This document shows, piece by piece, positions 34,839-47,664 of a DNA stretch of 64,000 nucleotides. Every line of letters starts with the position of its first letter. Position 1 is the first letter of the stretch. The notes below the pieces were generated by a model. The model worked only from the letters and a program-made list of their open reading frames with translations. It was not told the origin of the DNA and searched no databases. The stretch covers positions 310,001 to 374,000 of the forward strand of contig CBFDEM010000009.1 in the NCBI GenBank assembly GCA_965603825.1, in the 5' to 3' direction. The translations under genes and the position numbers were made by a program. The DNA comes from Blepharisma stoltei ATCC 30299 (lineage: Eukaryota; Protista; Ciliophora).

Positions 34839-36693
34839 GTATAGAGCAATGGTTGAAGGAGTTTATATAAGGAATAAAATTAACAAAAATTCAATAAATC
34901 ACCAAATACAGATCCCTGAATTCGTAGAAAGGGAAATCCCAGACAATATCTACACAAAGAGACATATCCTGAAATTCCTTTATCCTTATATTTTTCCTAA
35001 AGATTTTAAGCTCAGGATGGCTGTTTTTTCTACTGCAGGGCTACTTGTAGCGTCAAAATCACTGAACGCTGGAGTACCATTTATTTTGAAAGAAGCTGTA
35101 AATACGTTAGGGACATCAATGGGCTATGCAACAATATTATTTGGGACTTATGCTTTAGCAAGAATTGCAGTAATTTTGACCCAGGAATATAAAAATGCAA
35201 TTTTCTCACGGGTTGTCCTGAATGCTGTCAAAGATGTAAGCTCAAGGGTGTTTTGGCATCTTCATAGCTTGGATTATACTTATCATCTTGAAAGCACTAA
35301 AACAACACTTTTTGCAGTAGGGAGGTCTATGAAAGGGGTCGAGAATTTTCTGAGGTTTATGATGATGAGTATTATTCCAACTACTTTGGAATTTATGATT
35401 GCTTCAGGGATTTTACTTAAATATTGCGGGTGACCTTATCTGCTGACTTTTGGAGGCACTGTGGCGACTTATTGGGTTTTTACAACCAGATATTCAACTT
35501 ATAGGCAGGATTATATAAAGGAGGTGAAAAGGAAAAGAAAAGCTGTTGATTTTGTGATAAATGAGAGTTTCCTTAATTATGAAGCAGTTAAATGTTTTAC
35601 AAATGAAAAATTGGAGAGTGATAGATACAATCATTTCTTAAAGCAGCAAATGCAAGCTGCCGTAAAAACATCAAATTCTCTATCAACCCTAAATTGTGGC
35701 CAGCACATCATTTTCAACACTGGTCTCGCCATTAATCTACTCCTCGCAGTCGCCCAAGTCAGTGCAGGTACAATGACAATTGGTGACATTTTCCTTATCC
35801 AAACCATGTTCTTGCAGCTTCAATTTCCTTTGAATTTTCTAGGTAGTGTCTACAGAGAGCTCAATGAAGCTCAGCTAGAAATTAAGGATTTATTCCATAT
35901 TTTTAACATCAAGCCTAAAGTAATGGAGCCTCCAAATGCTCAAAGCTACCAATATAAAGGTGGAAAAATATCAATAAAAAACGTCACCTACGGCTTTGAG
36001 GACCGAAAAGTATTCAATGACCTTGACATTGAAATAGAGCCTGGGACTAGCAATGCCATTGTCGGAGAAAGTGGGATTGGCAAAAGTACATTATTTAGAC
36101 TTTTATATAGATTACTAGACCCTGAAAAAGGCAGCATTCTAATAGACGATCAAGATGTAAAAAGCTTAAAACTTGAATCTTTAAGGAAAAATATTGCAAT
36201 GGTTCCACAAAATGGCAACCTATTCAATGATTCTGTGTATTATAATATCATTTATGGAAACCCTGAAGCTTCATTTGAGGACGTTGTCAAGGTTTGCAAA
36301 ATGGTAAACATTTATGACCGTATCATGGATTTTGAAGAAAAATTCGAAACAAATGTAGGAGAACTAGGGTGCAAACTTTCTGGGGGGGAAAGACAAAGGA
36401 TTAGCCTTGCAAGATGCCTATTGAAAAATGCAAATATTTATTTTTTCGATGAGTTTACAAGTGCAGTGGATTCGCATAATGAAAATTTAATCACAAATGC
36501 GCTGAAGGAGAAATTGAAAGGCAAGACAACTATTTTTGCAGCGCATAGATTACCATCGATTACTTATGTAGATAAGATATTTGTTTTGCAAGGTGGAAAA
36601 GTCAGAGAGCAAGGAACACATCAAGAATTGTTGGATAAAAATTCATATTATAGGGAGCTTTGGGATAAATTCAATAAGCAGCATGATATTTAA
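34816..36693 (+). CDS. ABCB7: Mitochondrial ABC half-transporter ATM1/ABCB7
   Basis: VFWHLHSLD..YHL, LNYEAVKCFTNE, PLNFLGSVYRE, GESGIGKST, LSGGERQR, FFDEFTSAVD. Confidence 0.92.
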
Positions 36694-37101
36694 TTTTAAA
36701 ATGGACTTTACTTTCCTAAAATAATTTTGAAAATAAACTTTTATTAAGGTACAAATTATTATATAATATTTAAAATCCTTGCTCAAGAGTATAAAAATTC
36801 TCATCGCTTTTGGTAAATCATCAATATTATTTAAATAAATTTTAATTGTTTAGGATCCAGTAATTCATATTTATTCATTTTTAAATTTATGAACGGCAGC
36901 TATATTTAACCTGTTTAAAAATAATCTGGAAATTTTGCAAATCTCCTAGCTATAAATCCAAAAAACCTTCTAAAATAATTATTATATATCCTATAAATTC
37001 CTCATCAAATTTTCTCCTCACTTTTTTAAAAAAAATATTTGATGCAATGATATGAATTCATTCCATTTTTTGAGCGCTATAATAAATTTAAACAATTATT
37101 C

Positions 37102-37839
37102 ATGGAGAAACACAACAATTCCGAAGCTATCGAATTCGACTGGGAATCAAAGTGGCTAAAAGGTGAAGAATATAGCTATATTCTAACCCATAAAGATACA
37201 TATTGCGAAAAGTATGGGATGAAAAAATATGCTAGCAAAACCCACCCCCAGTCAATTTACATCCAGCCCAAAAATGGGCAAATTTACTTTGTAAAAGGAT
37301 CATCCATTGGCTCAGAGTTTGGATTTCCAAGAGTTGACATCAAAAAGAGATACAGGTGGAAAAAGATGAACTTCACGACTGAGCTTCCTAAAAGACAGCC
37401 TATTGTCACATATATAGTGGCTTCAGCTGTAAAATGTGAAAAATCGTCACCAAATGAACAAAAAATTGGGCCTTCTTATAGAATGCATGCCGTTGTCCTT
37501 AGCCAACCTGAAGAAGATCCTTATATTTTATGCCATGTAAGGAAGCTTAGCCAAGATGAGAATACCCCTATTGAGACAGAATCTCCAATTGTAAAAAAAC
37601 TCAAAAGAGAGCCTTTGGCTCCAATTGAAAATGGCTTACATGATTTATTGAACGCTTCTAATCTTTTAATGTCACCAATTAAATCCACCCCTTTGTATGT
37701 AGGAAACATAAATTCTAAACAATTGAATTTCAGCGATCTTGAGCACGATTATGTGTCTATGTTCAAAAACAACAGCATTAATAAGTTTCCTGCCCTTTCT
37801 ACTCACTTCAAGGCTCCATTTTTCATCACTCAAGCCTAA
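37102..37839 (+). CDS. CG-1 (CAMTA-type) DNA-binding domain protein
   Basis: KWLKGEEY..IL, PKNGQIYF, YRWKK, YILCHVR pattern. Confidence 0.6.
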   Translation: MEKHNNSEAIEFDWESKWLKGEEYSYILTHKDTYCEKYGMKKYASKTHPQSIYIQPKNGQIYFVKGSSIGSEFGFPRVDIKKRYRWKKMNFTTELPKRQPIVTYIVASAVKCEKSSPNEQKIGPSYRMHAVVLSQPEEDPYILCHVRKLSQDENTPIETESPIVKKLKREPLAPIENGLHDLLNASNLLMSPIKSTPLYVGNINSKQLNFSDLEHDYVSMFKNNSINKFPALSTHFKAPFFITQA

Positions 37840-37899
37840 TGAGATAATTATAATGCTTTTTTGCATAAAAATTGAATTTATTTATATCAAAAATTATTT

Positions 37900-39036
37900 T
37901 TAAGTTTTGTCGCCTTTGGCGTTTTTTCTCATTTTATTATACGGCATTTCTTTAAGTTTTTCCAAACCTTCATTAACAAATCTATTTACTGTGGCCGAAG
38001 TTTTTGACTTTTTGAGGAAATTTTTATCAATTGGCTTCTTTTTCGAATGAGGCTTGGATTTTTCTATTTTTCTGTCAGTTGTGTATGAAGTGTCACAGTT
38101 GCTTACCACTGTCTGCTTCTTTTCTTTGCCATCATCTTTTATGACCTCTTCATCTGCTGACTGATTTAAATAAAATTCGGAATTTTCTTCAATGATTTTT
38201 CCTTCAACTTCTAAGCATTTATCATGCTCTAGGTTTTCTACTGTCAACTCAAGTGAATTATAAAAGGAATTATAAGGCCTCTCACCAGTTGACATAGACG
38301 TAGCAGAGAACTCACGATTTTCTGTATCTCCTTTATTAGAGAATACATCATTCTCAGGTATTATGTGTCATGATAAATTCATGACACCGTAATACATGGT
38401 TTCTGCTTTGGATTTTTCTATTGAAAGGCTTTCTCTGGCTCGTTTCAATTGATTATGTACAGTAGTCTTCAGAGTTTGAGGTTCTTTATCACTGGAATTT
38501 ATTAACTCATAAAGTTCACTGAGGCCTTGCATCACAAAAGTACCTTTAGAAGACTTTTGGTATTTTTTTAATAGGACGACTGGAGATGAGTGATTCAACA
38601 GAAACTCTTCCAAAAGTTCGAGCTTAAGAGCATTTGTGTACTCAACTGAATTAATATCATTCATAAGTCGAAAAATAGGTTCTTTCGCTTTGCAGCTTGA
38701 TAGTAACGCCGACAAACTTTTCTCAATCAATTCAAAAGGTACATTTCATCCAGATTCTTCATTTATAAAAAGCTCTTTGAATTGCCCAGACAGCTGGTCA
38801 TATTGTGATTTAATCATAGACTCGAACTGTTGAAGTGTCAGCGGATTTGCAGGCTCCAAAAATTTCTCAACTTTATTTTCGAATTCTCCTTTGATCCTTG
38901 CAGCATATTCTGAAATTATTAATTCCACATTTTCTAATTTACTGGGGTCAACAATACGGGTTTTGAGAATCGAATCGACTGGCAATTGATTTTCTGAAAT
39001 TATTTGTACACTCCTATTACTACAACAACTTCCCAT
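37900..39036 (-). CDS. Hypothetical dual-acylated (MGSCC) protein
   Basis: Three ORFs join in frame via two TGA(Trp). Confidence 0.75.
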
Positions 39037-39367
39037 TTATTAGTCGAAAAATTGTGATACTTATTACTGTACTTTATGTAGGATATTTAATGGAATTAAT
39101 TTAAAGATATATTTTAAAGAAAAATCGAATTTAAAGGTGAGTTTAGGAAATAATAAGGGAATTTTTGTAGTGAAGAAGGGTTTTTTGTCTTTTTAAAGGG
39201 GTGTGGTATGCAGTTTAGAAGATTTGCTGGGGTTTATTTAAATTATTATTAATAATAATTTTTATTTCTAATAATAGAGAAACTTAAACAAATAAAATAA
39301 GTTAAATAGCTGCTGAAATTGAGAGGATGAGATATACATGTTTTGGTGAAAATTCGATAATATTAAT

Positions 39368-41593
39368 ATGAGTTCTCAGTTTCAAATGAGTGGGGCAGCA
39401 GCAAACTCAAAATCTTCACAATCAAAACTTATTCTTAGTCCTTTAGAATCTAACTATTTCTCCCAGTTATTCCAAAATGCAGACCAGTCAGGATCTGGGC
39501 AAATTGATGGCCGATCAGCAGTAAACTTTATGAGAACTTCAAATCTCCCTGTCGACATCCTGAAACAAATCTGGGCGCTTTCAACTCCAAATAAAGAACC
39601 TTTCCTAGACGCAGAACGTTTTAACATCGCTGTCAAGCTCATTGCCTTTGCCCAAAATCAAAAACCTATTTCATTGCAATCTTTGAATGAAAAATGCCCT
39701 CTCCCTAGGTTTGAAGGAATTGAAATACCTAAAGAAACTGCTGCAGATGATTGGGAAATTAACGAAAATGATAGAAAAATCTATAAAGATGCTTTTAAAA
39801 AGCTCAGTGGAGATAAAGGGTTTTTAAATGGAATGGAAGCAAGAGAACTCTTGCAAAGGACACAATTTGCTATGCCAATTTTGAAAAAATTGTGGGGCTT
39901 ATGTGATCCGGTCAAAACGGGGATTATGAAAGAAGGACAGTTTATGGTAGCAATGCAGATTATTGCAAAAGTAAGGTCGAAAGGCATTGAGGTACCAGAG
40001 TCATTGTCAGCGTCTTTGCAAAGAGTTTTAGACTCTTCACAAGATGCATCTCCTTCTAAAAGTCCGCCTTTGTCAAGAGAAAGCTCATTAATAGATAACA
40101 ATCAGCCAACAAATGCATCTCTACCAAAACCTCAGCCAAAGCAATCAATTAAGTCAGTGAAATTTAAAGAGCCTGATATAGATGCTGAGCCTGTCCCAGT
40201 CCATGAAAAAACTCCTAAAGATTATTCAGAAAAACCTGAAAGACCATCTTATCAATCTTCTTCTAGAAGAAAAGAAGCAAGGCCAATGAATAGTAATGAA
40301 CTTGAGTTTGTAATTGATGAAAAAGAAGAAATCCTTAGGAGACAAGAAGATTTGCTTCGTTCTATCTCTGATATGCTAGATTTAGATAGAAATGAGCTTG
40401 ATTTATTTAAGCAAAAAAACAAGCAATTAGAAAATAAAGTAAAGGAGCATGAAGATCAGATTAAAAAAATGCAAAATGAGCTGAATAAATATAAAGCAAA
40501 ATTCGATGAAACATGAAAAAAACAGAAAGATGATTTAAAAGCATTACAGCAAGAAAATACATATTTAAAAGATAAAACTTCACAATTAGCTGAGAAAAAA
40601 CCGTCAGCACCTCCACAAGAGTATCCTGTGAAGAAGCCTGAAGTGAAGGTCGAGTCTCCAGTTCAAGCAAGACCTAATCTTCCTAGCCAACTTTATCCAT
40701 CTTTGCAAACTCCTACAAATCTTCCACAGCAGTCATTTCAGACATCTGCTCCTTCTCAGTCTTTTGCTTTTCAAAATCAAGCAAGTCCTCCTTCTCAGCC
40801 ATATCCTCCATTACAAGCCAACCCAGAACCAGTTGTGCAAAAGCCTATCAGCCAAAGAGGAATGAATCCTTTTGATTTTGACACTTCAGTGCCAGTAAAC
40901 ACAAGTATGCAGCCTAAACAAGATTTTGGAGGATTCTCTGGTAGCAGTCAGCCTTTTAGTAAGCCAAGACAGGAATTTGGTGGAAGCAATGATAGCAGCC
41001 AACTTTATAGCCAGCCGAAGCAAGATTTTCCACAAAATCCTCCTTCTCAGTCAGGTTTTCCACAAAATCCTCCTCCCCAATCAGGTTTTTCATTAGAAAA
41101 CACTCAGCCAGAGCCTCCCAAACCAAATAAAAAATTTGATGCATTTTCTTTTGTGTCCCAACCAAAACCTGAGGCAAAAATCGAGCAAAAAATATATGAT
41201 CCTCCTTCATTTAAACAGCCAGGATCTCAGCCTTCATCTTCTCCATTTGATTTTTCCCCTCCTAACTCAAAAGTTCCAGCACAAGAATTTGCAACTTCTA
41301 TGGTAAAGCCTGTTGAATTCGAAAATAACCAAGGATTCAGCTTTAATTTTAAGGCTGAAAATAATCCTCCAAGCAAAATTGAATTTTCTACATTTAAACA
41401 GCCAACACCCCAGTCTACATCTTTTGAAATTAAACCAGAAAATATCCAATTCGATCCACATTTTGATAAGTTCAATAATCAAGGGTTTGATTTCAAAAAT
41501 GCATCGATTTCTTCTAGCTTCCAAAATGACTTCTTTAAGACTGAAGCAACAAATAAGCCAAAGAGCTCAGCACTTGATTTTGATTTTGACTAG
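39368..41593 (+). CDS. EH-domain endocytic scaffold (Eps15/Ede1-like)
   Basis: Two EH domains (LPVDILKQIWAL, ILKKLWGLCD), coiled coil, Pro/Phe-rich tail with NPF and FDF motifs; TGA(Trp) at 40514. Confidence 0.88.
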
Positions 41594-41922
41594 TAATTAA
41601 GATAGTATGATTATTTGATAATTCTTTAAATATAAAAATTTCTTTATAAATATAAGTAGGAACCAAATCATTCCTATAGAAATATTTTTTATACACCCTC
41701 AACTGTTTAGAATTATTTAAGTCATAATAATAGCAGATTATTTACTTTTCAAAATCTAAAATCTTTGCATAATTTGCATTCTTTTAATTCTAAAGAAATT
41801 TCCAAAACCCAAATAATGTTGCCATAATTTAAATTTAATTGCTAATAAACTTATTTCGCTCTTATAAGATAGAAAGATTTGATTTTTCTTATTATAACAA
41901 TTAATTCAAAACTTTTACTAAT

Positions 41923-42576
41923 CTAATAACTTCTTTTCTTTTCAGTATAGCTATCATCTGATCCTAATCTTTTTCTATGCGTTTCCATAGTACTTTCAAT
42001 CAATTCACTTACAATATCATTGTAATCCACCTTTGATTCTTCTTTCATCTCTATATCTGAGTTGTTTAGTTCATTGTATATTGAGTTCATTTCAAAATAA
42101 TCTACATTGATAATGTTCTGATGGGCACCTATTCATACTTTATAATCCTGAGAAAATGAGTCAGAGCGCTGCTGAAGTCTATCGAAAAACTCCTTTGTAT
42201 TTTCGTTCAGCATGCACTTAGAAGCATAAGCTGCAAATAGCAAAGCATTCTTTGAGCTTTGTAGAAACTCTTGCCAGGCAAAGCGCTCTAAATAAATAGC
42301 CCATAGCACAATTTCTACGTCTGAAAGGATAAGAAATTCACATATCCCACAAAGAACTTCAAAAAGATCACGATGCTCGTATGAAATATTACTATGCCCC
42401 CTTTTAGAAATTTTTAAAACGAAGTGGTATGGCCTATATCCAATTCCAGCATTAGGACAAGATTTCGGATTCATTTCAACTCTTTTTTCTAAATTATAAC
42501 AATCTAATTCTCTAGTTGGAAAAATGTAACTAGAGCAACAAGTTTCAATATCATCAGATTCGTAGTAGATATCCAT
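41923..42576 (-). CDS. Hypothetical protein, possibly cyclin-fold
   Basis: ORF extends through TGA(Trp) to TAG; WAIYLERF...LLFAAYASK weakly cyclin-box-like. Confidence 0.65.
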
Positions 42577-43205
42577 ATTTTATTTAGCTGAGATATTATT
42601 TTAAGCTAAAAATTGAAAATCAAGAAAAGATTAAAGGAAAAAATGAAAATAAAAACAGCGATAATTTATCAAGAGGTAAGGAGAAATAAGCTTATATGAT
42701 AGCGGAGAGCTTATATAATAAAATTTATAATACATTATATAGAGGTTAAAATAATTCTATTATTTCTCTAGAGTGAAATTTAGTGAGCTTGTTTGAAAAA
42801 GCATTCTAAAAGAAAATCAGAATATTCTTTAATATTAATGTCATTTTACATTAATTGCAAAAATATACAAGCATTGAGAAAATTAAAGAGGTTAGGTATT
42901 TAGCAAGTGTTATTTTATTATACTTCACCATTATTACCAATTCAATAAAACTAAAAACTTTTCTATATTAGTAAGCTAGTATTTGATAAGCAATATAATA
43001 TGCTAATTCTAATATTTTTATTATCAAGAAAAAAATTAAAATGCATAAAGATCTCAACATTATTAGAGATCTCGCCCCAGAAGTTTTTGTATATCTGCAC
43101 ATAGGCTTAAAAGCCTCCATTTAATTTTCTAACTATCTTTTCTATCCAAGCTATTTTCAAGATTCTGTGCAAACTATTATGTTGAGATAAATAATTTATC
43201 ATTAA

Positions 43206-44159
43206 ATGGATAGGCGGTTAGAGCTATCAAATCTCGAAGTCCTTCAAACTTTAGGCACAGGCTCATTCGGAAGAGTTCGCTTATGTCGCATAAAATCAAC
43301 AGGCGATTTCGCTGCATTAAAAATTCTCAAAAAGTCTGACATTCTCAAGATGAAGCAAGTTGACCATGTTATTTCAGAGTTTTCCATTCTGAGAACAATT
43401 AGGCACCCTTTTCTGGTGAACTTAATTGGTTTTACACAAGATAACAGGTATTTGTATCTTGCGTTAGAGTTTGTAGCTGGCGGAGAACTTTTCAGTTATT
43501 TAAGGACAATTGGAAAGCTAGAAAGCAACCATGCGAGGCTATATGCTGCGCAAATTACGACGATGTTTGAATATATGCATGCTCAAAATATCATATATAG
43601 AGATTTAAAACCAGAAAACCTGCTAATTGGGCACGACGGGTACTTAAAATTGACTGATTTTGGGTTTGCAAAAGTAGTGGAAGGGAGAACTTATACATTA
43701 TGTGGGACTCCTGAGTACTTAGCACCTGAGATTCTGCTGAATAAAGGGCATGGCAAGCCAGTTGATTGGTGAACTTTAGGGATCATAATATACGAAATGC
43801 TTGCAGGCATAGATCCTTTCACTGATGAAGACCCAATGGCAATTTATCAAAAAATTTTAAAAGGAAAAGTAAAGTTTCCAAGAAATTTTGATAAAAACGC
43901 AAAAAGTTTGGTTAAGCATATTCTAGTTGCCGATCTGTCCAAAAGGTATGGAAATTTGAAAAATGGGGTTAATGATATCAAAAATCATAGATGGTTTTCA
44001 GGGCTAGACTGGGTCAGACTCCTCGCAAAAACTACAGAAATGCCATATAGACCTACTGTGAGATCTCCTGACGATACTTCCAATTTTTCAAGATACCCCG
44101 ACTCTCCAAACTTGTCCCCAATTGTAAGAGCTTCTGATGATCCTTTCCTAGAATGGTAG
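43206..44159 (+). CDS. PRKACA: cAMP-dependent protein kinase catalytic subunit
   Basis: GTGSFGRV, YRDLKPEN, DFGFAK, TLCGTPEYLAPE, DW(W)TLG with TGA, RYGNLKNGVNDIKNHRWF, DTSNF, terminal FLEW. Confidence 0.96.
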
Positions 44160-44244
44160 CTTTAAATTAAATTTATTTAGTTTTCTTTAAAGTCAAATTA
44201 TTTTTCATACAAAAATTGTTTTAAAGTCAGTTTCTAATATTAAA

Positions 44245-44559
44245 ATGTCATTTCAGCCTGATTGGAGTATTCAACAAAGAATAAAGCAGGACAATAAATA
44301 CGCAGACGCTCAAGCCTATTCAAGGAAAATGCAAGACATCGCTAAAACCTCGACGTGGTATGAAAGGCAGCAAAAATTTGAAGTGGCAAGGAATAATATA
44401 AGATCTGAAAATCTGATGGCAGAAGAAGTCCAAATCGCGAATAGAGAATTAAAAGATAGAAGAAAAGCAAGATTAAGGCAGCTTTTGCAAAGGGAAGCAG
44501 AAATGTATGAAGCGGAATTGATGAAAATGGGCTTAGCAATCTACAGGGACAGGTTGTAG
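44245..44559 (+). CDS. CFAP141 (C1orf189)-like ciliary microtubule inner protein
   Basis: RRKARLRQLLQREAEMYEAELMKMGLAIYRDRL C-terminus; 104 aa. Confidence 0.65.
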   Translation: MSFQPDWSIQQRIKQDNKYADAQAYSRKMQDIAKTSTWYERQQKFEVARNNIRSENLMAEEVQIANRELKDRRKARLRQLLQREAEMYEAELMKMGLAIYRDRL

Positions 44560-44612
44560 GATAAGTTATTTATTTTTTAAGCGAGCTTAATACATATTGT
44601 TATTAGAAAAAG

Positions 44613-45671
44613 CTATTTCTGCTTTATTTGACTTCTTTTATCATATATTCCATTTGGAATTTCTGTTTCAAATAATGGAGGTTTTATTGATTTTTTTGAT
44701 GCTTCACTTTGGAATTCAGAGCTCTCCCTCAATTTTCCTATGCTTGCTTGAGCGTCTTTTATTTTAAAGTTTCTTCTTTCAATTTCCAGATATAGCTCGC
44801 TTTCTTCGTTATCAATTTCTTTAATTTCTCCTTCAAGATCTTTTATGCGCCCATTAAGTACTCTGATTTTGCTATTAAATTCTTTGATTTTTATGTCTTG
44901 TTCTCTTTCTAACTGAGCTATTTTTTCTTGTACTTTTGAGGCATTTTCGTCTGATTTTGTGGTTTCTAAATCTCTTAGCTGGTCATATTCTCTTTCTAGT
45001 TTGTTTAGTTTTGGGGTGATTTCATTATAACTGCTCTCTATTTGTGCATCTCTTTCTTCAATTTTCTTTAATTTTTTGATATAAACTGTGCTTTCAGTTA
45101 CAAGTTCATTGTACATTTTATACATATCTTCAGTTTCACCTGTGCTTAAAACGCCTTTCAGTACTTTTCCTCGCTTCCTCTGGCTAACTTCTCCTTTTCT
45201 AACATTATTTTCTAATTCCTGCAAATGAATTTCATCGTTTTCTATTTCATTTTTCAGATTTCTCTCATAGTCTGGGTCTTTTAGCTCTTCAATTCTTTTT
45301 GATAACTTTTTTCATTGTTTTCTATATAATTTTTACTCATAAACCTCAACCTTCTTCATAGCAGTTTCAAGCTCTCCCCTGCTTGTATCAATTTTCTTTA
45401 CTTTTTTCTTTGCTCGGTTTTTTTGAGTAATTTCAATTAAATCATTTAATCGTTGGCTAAGGTTTTTCAACTTATCTCTTAGCTTTACATTTTCACGCTG
45501 TAACTGAATAAGAGTGCTTCCGTCGTCTCTTGAATATGTCATAGACTCTTCATCCCAAGGCAGGGATCCTGGCTTCAAATAATTATTATCTGCCTTTACT
45601 TTTTGTTCTTTTTTCTTAGGTGAAACTCTTGAGCTCGGAATTTCATCGAAATCAGGCTCATAATCACTCAT
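44613..45671 (-). CDS. Coiled-coil protein; 15-nt intron 45322-45336
   Basis: Intron GTAAAAATTATATAG plus TGA(Trp) join two ORFs. Confidence 0.75.
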
Positions 45672-45703
45672 ATTTACAATTAGTAAAACTATTAGGATTT
45701 ATG

Positions 45704-46609
45704 CTAATCATAATATTCATCTTGAGAAAGCCTTTGTTTTTCGTGTCTTTGGTAACGATCTGTCACTGTCATTTCGATAGATGTGGGTAAAGGATCTTCT
45801 GGGTCATATCTGTGAGCCCATATCAAAATTGCTGTAGTTGTTATTCGAATGTTCTCTGATACTAGCATTTCAAGAAGCAAGGATAATCCAAAAGCTTTCA
45901 TCCAATTAGTCACTAAACCACTATAATTATCGTCATGGTTATCATTCATTTGATAGGTAAAAACAAATACAAAAATAGTGGTCACTCCAAAGAGGATTCC
46001 AGCAAAAAAATACCCAAAGCAGCGCCGATATCGATGAGCGCCGCTGCTATTGTTATCGTGAGTTACTAAAAGTCCATATGCTACTAGATAAGCAATAAAT
46101 GCAATAGCTGTTGACACTACTGAATATCCAATATCCAGATCTTTAAACTTATCGTAGTCGCCTGCAGATCGGCTGTCGTTTTTGTAGAGAGCTCCTGTAA
46201 TGAGCATCTCTGTAAAAATAATCGAAAAAATCAAACACCATCTTGCTGTGACTGAAAACCTTGGCTCAAGTTTAGTGAATAATCATCCAGTTACTAAGTA
46301 TTCTTCCTGAATATTTTATACCAAGAAAAATCGAATTATTTGTTTGCTTTCTCCTGAAGAATATCGATCTTCAGTATCACCACGTGGAGGTCTTGGAACT
46401 ATATCTCTAACAATGCTTATTAAAATTCCTATGAAAAACAGTGAGGCTGCCACAATTCATATTCATAGCATATTAAACTCTCCTGGCCTTGCTCTTGTAT
46501 CCTTTCCATCGCTGTCTTCTGAAACGTCTATCTTATAGTCTTCACAATGGCTACTGCTTGCCGCCGCTATTGTTAAAAACAAGTAGCAAAAATTCACAAA
46601 TTTAAACAT
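45704..46609 (-). CDS. Signal-peptide multi-pass membrane protein; 15-nt intron 46307-46321
   Basis: Hydrophobic N-terminus, about 5 TM stretches; intron GTATAAAATATTCAG and three TGA(Trp). Confidence 0.75.
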
Positions 46610-46702
46610 ATTTATAAATATATGCATTTAAGCAGGAATTCTATTGCAAATATCTATAATGATAATTATTTTAAAGCCTCAAAATTAAATTCAAATGCTT
46701 AT

Positions 46703-47164
46703 TTATTCGTAAATCCAAGCACTGCTGTGGTCTGCCCAGCTAACAAGCTCTTCTTCTCTGAACCAAAGGCCGATTTCTCTTTGAGCTGAAGCTTCACTAT
46801 CGCTTCCATGGACAATATTTCTTCCTACTTCAATAGCGAAGTCTCCACGAATAGTCCCAGGAGCGCTTTCAGCTGGCTTGGTTGCTCCAATGATTTTTCT
46901 TGAGATTTCAATAACGTTGGTTCCTTCCCAAACCATAGGAACAACTGGACCAGAGCCAATGTACTCAATAAGGGAAGCGAAAAAGCTTCTTCCTTCGTGT
47001 TCAGCATAGTGTTGTCTAAGGAGTTCTGGAGAAGCATGCATAAATTTCATAGCCACAAGCTTGTAGCCTCTTTCTTCGAATCTTCTGATGATTTCTCCAA
47101 CGAGTTTTCTTTGAACTCCGTCAGGCTTGACCATGATGAAGGTGCGCTGGCTTCTGCGATCCAT
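46703..47164 (-). CDS. NDK1: Nucleoside diphosphate kinase
   Basis: [46 protein letters not shown]. Confidence 0.98.
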   Translation of the reverse strand: MDRRSQRTFIMVKPDGVQRKLVGEIIRRFEERGYKLVAMKFMHASPELLRQHYAEHEGRSFFASLIEYIGSGPVVPMVWEGTNVIEISRKIIGATKPAESAPGTIRGDFAIEVGRNIVHGSDSEASAQREIGLWFREEELVSWADHSSAWIYE

Positions 47165-47384
47165 TTTTTATAAAAGGATATGGCTAAGGAGCGATAATTT
47201 GTTTTGCTAATTAGGCAAATTCTTTCAATGATAGTTTAAGCTATAATCTAAATATTCATTAAGATTTTGGTCAATTAATTTCCAATTATGCAAAAAAGAC
47301 TGGATGTAAGAGTTTGTGATGAAAATTTTGCCTAAGAATTAGCCACTCCACGTGTCTTTAAGAAAAATTAAATTATTATGAATG

Positions 47385-47444
47385 ACAATCAGGCGCATCA
47401 GGTGTCATCAAAAATAAGACACTACTCTTTTGTCATCATTTGAT
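47385..47444 (-). ncRNA. Box C/D snoRNA (guides AGAGTAGTG and ACCTGATGCG, LSU rRNA)
   Basis: Box C ATGATGA (47433-47439), C' TGATGA (47405-47410), box D CTGA (47389-47392), terminal CAA/TTG stem; guides antisense to LSU CACUACUCU and CGCAUCAGGU (rRNA recalled, not aligned). Confidence 0.78.
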
Positions 47445-47453
47445 CAAAATATA

Positions 47454-47516
47454 TATATCAGACAGCCAAGGGTTCATTAGTGTGCAGAAACTCTAGTCTT
47501 GTAGTCATCATAAAAA
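47454..47516 (-). ncRNA. Box C/D snoRNA with SNORD52-like and SNORD53-like guides
   Basis: Box C ATGATGA (47505-47511), guide AGACTAGAGT before D'-like CTGC, C'-like TAATGA, guide CCCTTGGCTGT directly before box D CTGA (47458-47461); antisense to LSU ACUCUAGUCU and ACAGCCAAGGG. Confidence 0.88.
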
Positions 47517-47664
47517 TTTTTATAAATGGCTTTATATTTTCCAAAATTTCACAGCAATAAATGGCTTTCCGATCCCCAATTTTCGATAATATTAAACTGC
47601 TTAAATCCACAAGAAAACACTAAAAAGCCGTTTATTAATAGCGTCAGTTTTATATTTTAATAAA

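Noticed and set aside
41026-41090. 30-bp tandem repeat
   Set aside because: In-frame coding repeat (FPQNPPxQSG) in the low-complexity tail of the EH protein
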